Assembly (NCBI GenBank): GCA_052092145.1
Contig: JBQDCW010000001.1
Coordinates: 181,360 to 245,359 of the forward strand
Length of the DNA: 64,000 bases
Reading direction: 5' to 3'
Source: Sphingobacterium sp.
GTDB lineage: Bacteria; Bacteroidota; Bacteroidia; Sphingobacteriales; Sphingobacteriaceae
This document shows, piece by piece, positions 28,383 to 37,724 of the stretch. Made by a program: the position numbers and the translations under genes. The notes beneath the pieces were generated by a model, which had not been told where the DNA came from, did not search any database, and saw only the letters and a program-made list of their open reading frames with translations. Position 1 is the stretch's first letter, and the number at the start of each line of letters is the position of its first letter.

Positions 28383-30410
28383 CTAAGGCCGCAGCATCGG
28401 AAATTGGGAAATACGCAGCGTAGTACACCCGTAGGGAATCAGATTAATTTCTTGTTCCTTTAACTCATCAACATTCAAACCGTCCATATCGGCGGTGGGC
28501 ATCGGCCCAGCCATTCCGTTGTATAATTTCCAGAATGGGAGCTGTTTCGCTTTGACTTGGATGGTCAATGGCGCATTCTCTCGATTCCAGGGAAAGTCTT
28601 TATCGATCCCTTGATTGTGTTTTACGGTAAATAATTGGGCCATTTCATTTTTATCAAAAAGCGGCAGTCCATAGTTCCAATCGGACAACGGCGTGGCTTC
28701 AATATAGGAATCTCCAAAGACATCTCGCTCTTCATCTTCAAAGAAAATCTCACGTTCTTCACCCGGAATGTCGAGCGCAAACACGAGCGGACCCCGTTGA
28801 ATTGACCGCGACCCTTCATGATGAACGTCAAACTGAAGTTCCATTGGAAAATCCAGCTCAATTCGGTCGCCGGAATTCCAGGTTCTTTCAATCTTGACGA
28901 CTTCGCCCGGTATTAGGGTTTTGTCCAGTTTCTCTCCATTGATCGTAATTTGAGGCGAATGGGTCCAACTAGGAATCCTCAGGTGATAAGGGAAACGAAT
29001 TGGGCTACTTTGCTCATGACGAATCGTGAGTCTAATCTGCTGCTCGAAGGGGTAGAAAGTCTCTTGTTCAATGTGAACGTTTTTTTGATCCTTCCCGACC
29101 ATCACCTCGACGCTTGAGGGCGCATAGATCAGGGAAGCCACACCCTGGTCAGCCGATGCATAGTACAGGTTCTGCGTAAATTTAGGCCAGCCTTGGTGCA
29201 TATTTGATGTACAACAAGGGTATCCTGTGCGTAAACCGAAAACCACATCGGTTCCTTGATGATTCACATCGAAATTATACATTTGTCTTTTGATTTGCAC
29301 TTGGTTGGCTTGCTGAAAATATTGTCTGGTCATGAAATCATCAGCTATCTGAGAGGGTAACGCATTAAAAGCGACTTTTTCTAACGCCTCGGCAAGCGGG
29401 ACCTCTCCGGTAATTTCCAACATTTTTTCCAACGAGTACATCATTTCTACAGCCGTACAGAGCTCGGATCCCTGAGTTGGATTACTACCATGAAGGGCTT
29501 CATCTCCTCCATATAGCCCATGTGCCAAGCCATTGAAATGAGCGATATCATGCAGTCCTTGTTTCACGGCTTCGAGATGTTTAGGATGATGACTTTGCTG
29601 ATAATAGATCACAGGTTCTTTTAGCCCCTGGGCAAGATTGACACAATGAATACTTCGATGGGTGGACAGCATGTCGCGTTCCAAAAAACGTTCCGTAAAA
29701 TCGAATCCTTGTCCGTGTAGAATTTCAGCGAGTTTAAGGAGATCGGGGTCTGCGTTGAGATTATACAACCAATAAACGGCTTGTAGATTATCCGCAGATC
29801 GGTATTCAGCCCAAAAAGTCCAATGCCCCAACGGTTTTTCTTCAATCGTTTTTAATTGGTATTGGAAATACTTACTGAACAGATCCACGACACGATCATC
29901 ACCTGTTGCGGAGTAGTACTGCTGCAAAATTTTGAGCATAACCATCTTAGGCCACCAATCATGTGCGTTATCTCGCTGTATTCCGGGTTCATTTTCATAA
30001 TCTTGATCTGGCCCAAAATAACCGTCTTCTCGCTGGCTAGCTATTGCCCATTCTACCCAGCGTTCCGCTTTAGTCATGAGCGCTTGGTCGTCTAACAGAT
30101 AAGCTAACGGAAGTAATCCATCAATCCAATACGGACCCCGCTCCCATTGATCCCCATCACCACCTAGCCATCCGTTCCTTTCGCCCATCACTTGCGGGTA
30201 AAGCTCATCTAATCTGCCCGTTGCTCCGGATTTCTGGCTTTGGAGCATTTCCTTTAGCCAACCTCTCGGCTTTATTTTTCCCAGTGGAATCTCCATATAG
30301 GGTTTCTGTAACAAGGGCGTACGGTTTTGTTGGTAAGGTTGTCCTTGGCAAATCGTGATAAATGCTCCAACACAGAAAATAGCAATTAATGGTCTGAGGA
30401 ATTTATTCAT
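28383..30410 (-). CDS. GH127/GH146-like (DUF1680) beta-L-arabinofuranosidase-family protein
   Basis: 675-aa ORF with a signal peptide. GSELCTAVE (E-x-C) and GYPCCTSNMHQGWPKF (CC) match the Zn/Cys catalytic-site pattern of GH127. Confidence 0.6.
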   Translation of the reverse strand: MNKFLRPLIAIFCVGAFITICQGQPYQQNRTPLLQKPYMEIPLGKIKPRGWLKEMLQSQKSGATGRLDELYPQVMGERNGWLGGDGDQWERGPYWIDGLLPLAYLLDDQALMTKAERWVEWAIASQREDGYFGPDQDYENEPGIQRDNAHDWWPKMVMLKILQQYYSATGDDRVVDLFSKYFQYQLKTIEEKPLGHWTFWAEYRSADNLQAVYWLYNLNADPDLLKLAEILHGQGFDFTERFLERDMLSTHRSIHCVNLAQGLKEPVIYYQQSHHPKHLEAVKQGLHDIAHFNGLAHGLYGGDEALHGSNPTQGSELCTAVEMMYSLEKMLEITGEVPLAEALEKVAFNALPSQIADDFMTRQYFQQANQVQIKRQMYNFDVNHQGTDVVFGLRTGYPCCTSNMHQGWPKFTQNLYYASADQGVASLIYAPSSVEVMVGKDQKNVHIEQETFYPFEQQIRLTIRHEQSSPIRFPYHLRIPSWTHSPQITINGEKLDKTLIPGEVVKIERTWNSGDRIELDFPMELQFDVHHEGSRSIQRGPLVFALDIPGEEREIFFEDEERDVFGDSYIEATPLSDWNYGLPLFDKNEMAQLFTVKHNQGIDKDFPWNRENAPLTIQVKAKQLPFWKLYNGMAGPMPTADMDGLNVDELKEQEINLIPYGCTTLRISQFPMLRP

Positions 30411-30576
30411 AACATGGAGGGTTTAGAATTGCAGTTAATTTGAACGTTTTGGATGATCGTTGGTGGTGAATATACCATTTTTGAATTAAAACTTTACCTA
30501 GGTTTTCTAATGAATTTAAATTTAAAGCGAGAATATGTTTTGAGCGAGAAAGTGAGCACATGAAAATGTTCGTGAA

Positions 30577-30640
30577 CTGACAGGGCGACCGGCTGTGCAC
30601 AAAAAAGGAGGCACTTGCACTGCCGACGCCCATTTGTCAG
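30577..30640. other. 64-nt imperfect extended hairpin in a long non-coding gap
   Basis: Outer helix CTGACAGGGCG / CGCCC(att)TGTCAG, inner helix CGGC(t)GTGCA / TGCAC(t)GCCG, and loop CAAAAAAGGAGGCACT containing AAGGAGG. Confidence 0.4.
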
Positions 30641-30805
30641 ATCGCCTACGTTGCTAAGAAAGGCCGAATAATGGCCATATTTCAACTAAAATGTTAAAAA
30701 ATTGTTAAAACAGTGTATGAAATACACCACACTGAAAATTCGGCACAGACATTGATTATTTTATATCAAATTTCATAATTTAGGTTAATAATTGGTTAGT
30801 TAGAA

Positions 30806-30837
30806 CTCCTTAGGCTCCCCGCCTAGGGAGTTTTTTT
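30806..30837 (+). terminator. Orphan rho-independent terminator (no upstream plus-strand gene)
   Basis: 9-bp stem CTCCTTAGG / CCTAGGGAG (one G-U pair) with a 7-nt loop, followed by T7 (30831-30837). The nearest upstream plus-strand CDS ends at 28309, with a minus-strand gene in between. Confidence 0.7.
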
Positions 30838-31120
30838 ACGAACAGTGTTTTGGGATTAAAAGAGTCAATTTTCCCACCTAATTACGACTCCCATTTCGAT
30901 CCTGTATTAACATAAGTGTTACATTTCGACGCGATCCGAAGAATTGTAAAAACTCCTATTTTACGATAAAAAACAAGCTTAACCAAGATAGGAACGGTTT
31001 GCTTCGTCGATCAGGACTTTAATCTCGTTTTTTCCTCGCCGGCATTCAAGCAAAATAGGTTTATAATTAATAATTTAGCGCCAAAATTTTCAAGACAGTT
31101 CAAATTAAACCTTTAAAACA

Positions 31121-32008
31121 ATGAATGGATTAAAAATTGGATTCTTATCAGCCCTATCCTTACTCACATTTCAAGCACTTGCGCAGGAAGATCCGGAAGA
31201 AGCGGTTGATCAGCTCGACACCACGAAGACTTGGACGATTACGGGTGAAAACACGTTATTGCTCAACCAAAGCTCCTTTAAAAACTGGGCTGCAGGGGGG
31301 GTAAATTCTTTCGCAGGTAACTTACTTTTCAATTACGATTTCAATTACAAGAAAGATAAATGGAATTGGGACAATAAGGTTATCGCAGCTTTTGGTCAGA
31401 CCTTTACTAAGGATACCGATTGGCGAAAAAACGATGACCGTTTCGCCGTGAGTAGCTTGCTGGGTTACGAAGCCGCAGAAAAATGGATGTACACGTTCTT
31501 TTTGAACTTCAATACGCAATTTGCCAACGGTTACGATTATACCGATGCCGGAAGAGTTAAAATATCAGCCCCATTCGCCCCTGCTTTCTTGAGCTTCGGC
31601 CCTGGGTTTGCCTACAAAGAATCTGATAATTTCAAGATCAATATTTCTCCTGCTTCGGCTCGCTTTATTATGGTGGGTGCTGAAAGTCTGCGCGCGAGCT
31701 ACGACGTCGATCCGGATAAGTTTTCCAGAAATGAATTTGGTGCTTCCTTGGATGCTTATTACAAAGTGGGTCTGATGGAAAATATTACCTTGGAAAATAT
31801 TCTAAAATTATACTCTAACTACTTAGAAGATCCGCAAAATGTCGATGTGGACTATCTAGCCAATCTCTCCATGGAGGTCAATAAATTTATCACGGTCAAT
31901 GCAGCTGTGCAATTGATCTATGATGATAACATCACGTTGGCAGAAACAAACGCTCCAGGACTTCAAGTCAGACAGGTCGTGGGAGCAGGAGTTACCTATA
32001 AATTCTAG
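31121..32008 (+). CDS. DUF3078-like outer-membrane beta-barrel protein
   Basis: 295-aa ORF with a signal peptide (...FQALAQE). NQSSFKNWAAGGVNSFAG and the C-terminal ...GAGVTYKF match DUF3078 as I recall it. Confidence 0.7.
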   Translation: MNGLKIGFLSALSLLTFQALAQEDPEEAVDQLDTTKTWTITGENTLLLNQSSFKNWAAGGVNSFAGNLLFNYDFNYKKDKWNWDNKVIAAFGQTFTKDTDWRKNDDRFAVSSLLGYEAAEKWMYTFFLNFNTQFANGYDYTDAGRVKISAPFAPAFLSFGPGFAYKESDNFKINISPASARFIMVGAESLRASYDVDPDKFSRNEFGASLDAYYKVGLMENITLENILKLYSNYLEDPQNVDVDYLANLSMEVNKFITVNAAVQLIYDDNITLAETNAPGLQVRQVVGAGVTYKF

Positions 32009-32034
32009 GACGACCGAATACCGAAACACGAAGG

Positions 32035-32071
32035 GGGCTGTATCCTAAATAATTGATACGGCTCTTTTTTT
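32035..32071 (+). terminator. Rho-independent terminator
   Basis: 10-bp stem GGGCTGTATC / GATACGGCTC (two G-U pairs) with a 10-nt loop, then T7. Confidence 0.7.
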
Positions 32072-32129
32072 GATTTATCTTGGGGGTTGTCTTATACCTC
32101 CTTCTCCGCTTAGCGGTGATCGGGTTGCG

Positions 32130-33794
32130 TTACTTGCTTTGGTAGAGGTGTTTAAGTAACGCAAAGCAGAGAAAAAAGCTCATCGTAAAGCCAAACCAGG
32201 ATAGCACCGGTATTCCCCAGATTAAGTACCCTACCCGACCGTGTGCCATAATACTTGCCCCTACACCGAAGGTCATAGCAAGAATTGAGAGTAAAAACTT
32301 ATTGCCCATACGGTGCAGGATAAGTTGCAGGTTATCGAAATCCCGCATCTTATGATTCAACGTTATTTTGTTTTCTTTGACACGATCAAGCACTTCAAGT
32401 AGATCAGATGGCACATCGCTCAAAAAATCTTTTGCCAATTTCGCTTTGTCTTTAATCTGAGAAAAAAGATACTCTGCAGAAAGTTTTTCTTCTGCAATCT
32501 TTCGCGCGAAGGGTTCGATACTATCGGGAATATTGAGATCTGCGTTAAGTTGTCTGCCGGTTCCTTCCAAGATCGAAACACCGCGTAGGAGTGTATAAAC
32601 AAAATCTGGCAGGAGGATATGGTTGTTCTGTAGAACGATGTTTAGTTTCTGCAACATGATTGAGATATTGATGTCTTGCAGTGCATTTTGTTGGATCATT
32701 TCAAATATCTCATAGGCGTCGCGTTCAAGCCGTCTTTCATCTTCGATATGATGGATAACAGCCAGCCTCTTAATATTCTTAATCAAGCTCTTGGCATCGT
32801 TGGATAGAAAATCGATCACCATCGCTTCGATGATAGCGCGATCTTGTGGAATCATAAAGCCCATGGCTCCGAAATCGATAAAAACGATCTGCCCTTTATT
32901 ATTAACCATGACGTTCCCAGGATGCGGGTCCGCATGAAAGAATCCATGCATCAGAACCTGTTCCAGATAAAGGTCGAGAACATTCTGTAACACCGATTTG
33001 GGGTAGAATCCTAAGCGTTGAAAGCCCGCTAGGTCATTGATCTTGACTCCATCCACGAATTCCATGCAAAGTAGAAAGTCAGTAGAATATTCTCGAAAAA
33101 CTTTAGGAACTGAAATCGTATCGTTTTGCGCGAAATGCCGTCGGAACCGTTCGATATTATTCAGCTCGTTGGCAAACGATAACTCACTGAGGAGGGAGCT
33201 TTCAAACGCCAGTACGATCTGGTATAAGTTCATCTTATGAATCATTTCATACTTGCGTTGTAATAATTTCACCAGATCCTTAAGAAAATCCAGATCGGCG
33301 TGGATGACCTCTTCGATCTCTTTGCGACGAACCTTCAAGACCACCGGTCGACCGTCGGCGAGTGTCGCTCTATAAACTTGTGCGATCGATGCAGAGGCTA
33401 ATGGCTCTGCGTCGATCGCACTAAAGTGTTCCTCAATATCGATATTGAGTTCTTTTGTCATAATTGCCTTCACATCGATATCCTCTAGGGCCACATCGTC
33501 TTGCAACTTAATGAGTTCTTTTTGAAGGTCTTTGGGTATGATATCCGGTCTATTGCTTAGCATCTGACCAAGCTTGATAAATGTTGGTCCGAGCTCTTCG
33601 ATAGCCATCCGCAATCGAACATTGAAATCATCTTGGAAAACGCTTTTGGCGTGCCTATTCCAAAACAAAAAACTATCGGGTAAGACTCGGTCTAGATTGG
33701 ACCTGGAGAGGATTTCGTCGAACCCATGTTTGGATAGAATACGTAGAATTTGCCCAACTCTTTTTATCTTTTGAAAACCACTGATATGCATCAT
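32130..33794 (-). CDS. ABC1/UbiB (AarF) atypical kinase family protein
   Basis: 554-aa ORF with LGPTFIKLGQMLSNRPDIIP, ASIAQVYRA, FFHADPHPGNV and two C-terminal TM helices. Confidence 0.85.
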   Translation of the reverse strand: MMHISGFQKIKRVGQILRILSKHGFDEILSRSNLDRVLPDSFLFWNRHAKSVFQDDFNVRLRMAIEELGPTFIKLGQMLSNRPDIIPKDLQKELIKLQDDVALEDIDVKAIMTKELNIDIEEHFSAIDAEPLASASIAQVYRATLADGRPVVLKVRRKEIEEVIHADLDFLKDLVKLLQRKYEMIHKMNLYQIVLAFESSLLSELSFANELNNIERFRRHFAQNDTISVPKVFREYSTDFLLCMEFVDGVKINDLAGFQRLGFYPKSVLQNVLDLYLEQVLMHGFFHADPHPGNVMVNNKGQIVFIDFGAMGFMIPQDRAIIEAMVIDFLSNDAKSLIKNIKRLAVIHHIEDERRLERDAYEIFEMIQQNALQDINISIMLQKLNIVLQNNHILLPDFVYTLLRGVSILEGTGRQLNADLNIPDSIEPFARKIAEEKLSAEYLFSQIKDKAKLAKDFLSDVPSDLLEVLDRVKENKITLNHKMRDFDNLQLILHRMGNKFLLSILAMTFGVGASIMAHGRVGYLIWGIPVLSWFGFTMSFFLCFALLKHLYQSK

Positions 33795-34035
33795 AAGACT
33801 ATACTCTTGCTAAGCCGCGGCCAGTGGACGCGTCCCTTTTTTGATCTTACCCAAGATAATTAAAATTATTCAACAAATAGGCTTGGATTCAAATCTCGAG
33901 CCTAAGCAATATTTAAAGGAACTAGAACAAAAAACCATCTTCTTGGTATTAATTAACACAGATCAATGTCTAATTATTTTCGGCGGCCGATCTTTGCAAG
34001 AGCAAATAAAACGAAAACAAATAAAAAACATTATT

Positions 34036-34626
34036 ATGAAAACATTTATCACGCTTTTAGCCGCCTTATTCTTGATGAGTAATGTGGCTTTCGCCCAAGT
34101 GCAATGGTCGGTGGATCCAGCGCATACGAATGCTCGGTTTGAAATCAAACATTTAGGTATAGCCTTTGTTGATGGCGAATTTACTCAACTCAGCGGTCAA
34201 GCAGAAACCAAAGATTCGACGACTTTTGATGCGGGGACGGTTGCCTTTGAAATTGATGTCGCTAGCATCGACACCCGGGTTGAGGCACGCGATGAACATT
34301 TAAGGAGCGAGGATTTCTTCAATGCGGAGAAATTTCCGAAAATGACGCTTCAAAACGCGACTTTTAAATCAGCTGGTGAAGGGAAATTCCAGCTATCGGG
34401 CGATTTGACCATTAAAGACGTGACCAAAGCAGTCACCTTTGAAGTGGAACAAAATAACGGTGTAATTATTGACCCTTGGGGACAAACGCGGGCGGGTTTT
34501 ACTGCAAAAACCACCATTAATCGCTTCGACTACAATATCGATTACGATGATAAAACCCCAGCGGGAGTCGTCGCACTAGCTCCAGAGGTAGCTATCATCG
34601 TCAATGTCGAATTGATCAAGCAATAA
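34036..34626 (+). CDS. YceI-family periplasmic protein
   Basis: The track ORF 33841..34626 has an implausible N-terminal extension. The ATG at 34036 gives the signal peptide MKTFITLLAALFLMSNVAFAQ, followed by WSVDPAHTNARFEIKHLG and RDEHLRSEDFF, which are YceI hallmarks. Confidence 0.85.
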   Translation: MKTFITLLAALFLMSNVAFAQVQWSVDPAHTNARFEIKHLGIAFVDGEFTQLSGQAETKDSTTFDAGTVAFEIDVASIDTRVEARDEHLRSEDFFNAEKFPKMTLQNATFKSAGEGKFQLSGDLTIKDVTKAVTFEVEQNNGVIIDPWGQTRAGFTAKTTINRFDYNIDYDDKTPAGVVALAPEVAIIVNVELIKQ

Positions 34627-34675
34627 ATCTTTTCCACTCCGGGCATCTACATTAACGCACGGAGGACAATCGTGC

Positions 34676-34717
34676 ACAAAAAAAAACAGGCTGGTGGTAA
34701 GAACCGGCCTGTTCTTT
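34676..34717. terminator. Bidirectional terminator between convergent genes
   Basis: An A8 run, then a 10-bp stem AACAGGCTGG / CCGGCCTGTT with a 9-nt loop, then CTTTT. Confidence 0.7.
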
Positions 34718-34746
34718 TAACGGCTCATTCCGCAATGTTCACCTCT

Positions 34747-35610
34747 CTATTGTTCTTGGATGTCGTCGTAGGTCCATGAACGAAGACGCTCCTGAAACTG
34801 ACGGGAAATTTTATTAAAATACCGTTTATGTTTATACCCCATTACCCACTGTATACCGTCTACCGCATTGGTGCAGAATATTTCATCGGCGACTTTCATG
34901 ATTTCCGGCTTAATCTCCGCTTCCACGACCTGGATCCCCTGCTCACTAGCCATATCCATGACCACCCGACGCATCACGCCTGCTATGCACCCTTCTGAGA
35001 GGGCAGGTGTATAAAGTATTTTTTCGTAAAAGACAAATACGTTGGATACCAACCCCTCGCAGAGATTTCCATTCTGGTTAAGGATCATTACCTCATCCAT
35101 CGCCTGTTTTTTTCGATAAATTCCGGCCATCACATAAATCAGTGCATTATTCGATTTGATTTTCGATAATTCACTAAAGGGTTTTGTGTACTCCGTATAG
35201 ACATCGACAATCAGTCCGGTTCTACTGTCCCGTAATGTTTCCGGTTTCCGGTCTACTTGTATCACGTATCCAGCTTGATTATTCTCCGGGCTATATAAGC
35301 CTGCTCCCTGCCGATAGACAATCAAACGCACCCGAGCTTGCTGTCCAAGCATATTGTTTTTTCGCAAGAGCTCCTCGACCTGGTTTCGCAAAAAATAGGT
35401 ATTGAACTGATCTAAATTATCGAAATGTAGCATACGCATACTCTCTAGTAGACGTTCTAGATGCAGGTCCAAAAAACGGATATCGCCGTCTTTCCATAGC
35501 ATAGTTTCAAACAGACCATCGCCGTAACGAAACGCACGATTATCTACATTAAAAATGGTCGTATCATGCGGCACGATTGTGCCGTTGATGTTAATATATT
35601 GTGTTGGCAT
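34747..35610 (-). CDS. Class IV (fold-type IV) aminotransferase / aminodeoxychorismate-lyase-like protein
   Basis: 287-aa ORF with RAFRYGDGLFET, LCEGLVSNVFVF and the ...CTNAVDGIQ pattern of the class IV family. Confidence 0.75.
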   Translation of the reverse strand: MPTQYININGTIVPHDTTIFNVDNRAFRYGDGLFETMLWKDGDIRFLDLHLERLLESMRMLHFDNLDQFNTYFLRNQVEELLRKNNMLGQQARVRLIVYRQGAGLYSPENNQAGYVIQVDRKPETLRDSRTGLIVDVYTEYTKPFSELSKIKSNNALIYVMAGIYRKKQAMDEVMILNQNGNLCEGLVSNVFVFYEKILYTPALSEGCIAGVMRRVVMDMASEQGIQVVEAEIKPEIMKVADEIFCTNAVDGIQWVMGYKHKRYFNKISRQFQERLRSWTYDDIQEQ

Positions 35611-35626
35611 AGATAATTATAACTCT

Positions 35627-36658
35627 TTAAATCTCTTTGATTGAACTGTAGCTGCGCCACTTTTCTAAAACTAAACGGAAATCTTCCGGCAATGGTACTT
35701 CGAAGTGCACATATTCTTTGGTCTTTGGATGTAAAAAACCCAGTACGCTAGCGTGTAACGCTTGGCGTGATAAGATGGCAAAAGCATTATCGACGAATTG
35801 ACGGTACTTACTGAAATTTGTTCCTTTCAATATTCTATTTCCACCGTACGCCTCATCGTTAAAAAGGGGATGTCCTATCGATTTCATATGTGCGCGAATC
35901 TGGTGCGTTCGACCGGTCTCCAGCTCACATTCAATTAGCGTAACGTAACCTAGTCGCTCCAAAACCTTGTAATGTGTTACCGACCATTTCCCTTGTTCTT
36001 CACCGGGATAAAGCTCCATAATCCGACGATCTTTGAGGTTTCTGCCAATGTAACCGGTGACCGTTCCATCTTTCTCGATATCACCCCACACCAGGGCTTT
36101 ATATCGGCGCTGGATACTGTGATCAAAGAATTGCTTGGCTAAATAGGTCATCGCCCACTCATTTTTCGCAATAACCAGTAATCCGGAAGTGCCTTTATCG
36201 ATTCGGTGGACTAATCCAGGTCTCCCCGTATTGCCGGGTAAAGTTGGTAATTGGTTGAGGTGAAACGTTAGTGCATTGACAAGTGTGCCGGTGTAATTGT
36301 TGAATCCAGGATGGACCACCATGCCAGCTCCTTTGTTAACAATCAGAAGATCATCGTCCTCGTAGAAGATATCCAGTGGAATATCCTCAGGATAAACCGC
36401 CGTGTCTCTTGGCGGATCAGGAAGTACTAAGGTAACTACATCCAAGGGCTTAACCTTATAACTTGCTTTGATAACTTGTCCGTTGACCATCACATTGCCA
36501 GCCTCAATGGCGTTTTGTATACGATTTCGGGACGTGTTTTCCACCCTGTTCATCAGAAACTTATCTACCCTCAGCAGCGCTTGACCTTTATCCGCTACAA
36601 TTTTTAAGTGCTCGAATAATTCCTTTTCGTCGTGTTCGTTCTCTTGCTGATCCGCCAT
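35627..36658 (-). CDS. rluD: RluD-type 23S rRNA pseudouridine synthase (S4 domain plus RluA-family catalytic domain)
   Basis: The track ORF extends to 36829, but the ATG at 36658 (MADQQENEHD...) gives a normal 343-aa protein. The S4 domain reads RVDKFLMNRV...SRNRIQNAIEAGNVMVNG. The catalytic motifs are HRIDKGTSGLLVIAKN and GRTHQIRAH. Confidence 0.9.
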   Translation of the reverse strand: MADQQENEHDEKELFEHLKIVADKGQALLRVDKFLMNRVENTSRNRIQNAIEAGNVMVNGQVIKASYKVKPLDVVTLVLPDPPRDTAVYPEDIPLDIFYEDDDLLIVNKGAGMVVHPGFNNYTGTLVNALTFHLNQLPTLPGNTGRPGLVHRIDKGTSGLLVIAKNEWAMTYLAKQFFDHSIQRRYKALVWGDIEKDGTVTGYIGRNLKDRRIMELYPGEEQGKWSVTHYKVLERLGYVTLIECELETGRTHQIRAHMKSIGHPLFNDEAYGGNRILKGTNFSKYRQFVDNAFAILSRQALHASVLGFLHPKTKEYVHFEVPLPEDFRLVLEKWRSYSSIKEI

Positions 36659-36724
36659 ATTACAAAAGTAGTCTTTTTCACGGGTATTACGTGGGCGACC
36701 ACAAAAATCCCGTAACTTTGTTCC

Positions 36725-37636
36725 ATGTCGATTTCTTTCCCAATATATAGCCCCGAGGAACCTGTTACCGATCCTGTACTTCTTCCCTACGGTATTGAAT
36801 TGTGGATAAAACGAGATGACATGATACATCCTTTTATTTCAGGCAATAAATGGCGTAAGCTGAAGTATCCAATCAAGCAAGTTTTGAGTATGGCCCCCCC
36901 CCATTTGGTGACCTTCGGTGGAGCGTGGTCGAATCACATCCTTGCGTCTGCAGCAGCCGGTGCGAAGTTCGGCTTCCGTACCACTGCGTTCGTAAGAGGA
37001 GAACCTGTTGACAATCCGGTATTAACGATGGCTCGATTGTTTGGCATGGAACTGCGCTTTGTGGACCGGACTCAATATCGGCATAAAGAAATACTTTTTC
37101 AGGAACATTACAGTCATCAAGAGGCGTTTTTTCTTGAGGAAGGCGGATATTCAGCTCAAGGTGCTGAGGGGTGCGCTGAATTGATTTCGGAGCTTCACCA
37201 TCCCTATGATCATATCGTTGTCGCGGCGGGCACGGGAACCACAGCGGCTGGTCTTCAGCTAGGACTTTCAAGAAAAGGCTGGACTTCTCAATTGCATGCC
37301 ATTGCTGTGCTCAAGGGCGCCGGATTCCTGCGAGAGGAGGTCGCTCGGTTGGGAGTAGATCCCGATAAAATTGATTTTCATCTGGATTTCCATTTTTCGG
37401 GCTACGCAAAAGTTAAACCCGAGCTGATCCGTTTTATTCAGGGATTTGTTTCCCGAACAGGGATCATGTTGGAACCGACGTACACAGGAAAAATGGTTTA
37501 TGCAGTCTATGATCTGATTCAGCAGGGCAAAATTCCAGCACAGAGTCGTGTGTTATTGATCCACACGGGCGGGTTGACCGGGTTATTGGGTCATCTTTCC
37601 CATTTTTCAGACGAATCAGGACCATTGGAGAGTTAA
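36725..37636 (+). CDS. ACC deaminase / D-cysteine desulfhydrase family PLP-dependent enzyme
   Basis: 303-aa ORF with ISGNKWRKLKY (PLP lysine region) and GGAWSNH. Confidence 0.75.
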   Translation: MSISFPIYSPEEPVTDPVLLPYGIELWIKRDDMIHPFISGNKWRKLKYPIKQVLSMAPPHLVTFGGAWSNHILASAAAGAKFGFRTTAFVRGEPVDNPVLTMARLFGMELRFVDRTQYRHKEILFQEHYSHQEAFFLEEGGYSAQGAEGCAELISELHHPYDHIVVAAGTGTTAAGLQLGLSRKGWTSQLHAIAVLKGAGFLREEVARLGVDPDKIDFHLDFHFSGYAKVKPELIRFIQGFVSRTGIMLEPTYTGKMVYAVYDLIQQGKIPAQSRVLLIHTGGLTGLLGHLSHFSDESGPLES

Positions 37637-37724
37637 AATAGAAAAATTGTGCTATTTTTACCTCGGGAGTCTCCGCAATCGGAGTTTCCAATTGGATTAA
37701 GCATTTTGCTAGGGCCCTGTTTTT

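Noticed and set aside
30403-30685. Two overlapping minus-strand ORFs (76 and 63 aa) in the long intergenic gap
   Set aside because: They overlap each other in different frames, and one overlaps the GH127-like start. The products are Cys/His/Ser-rich with no features. The region is treated as non-coding.
33841-34035. N-terminal extensions of track ORFs (YceI 33841, RluD to 36829, Gfo to 50578, small protein 1089)
   Set aside because: Internal ATGs give proper signal peptides or family-typical N-termini. The extensions overlap neighbouring genes or promoters and look like read-through of non-coding DNA.
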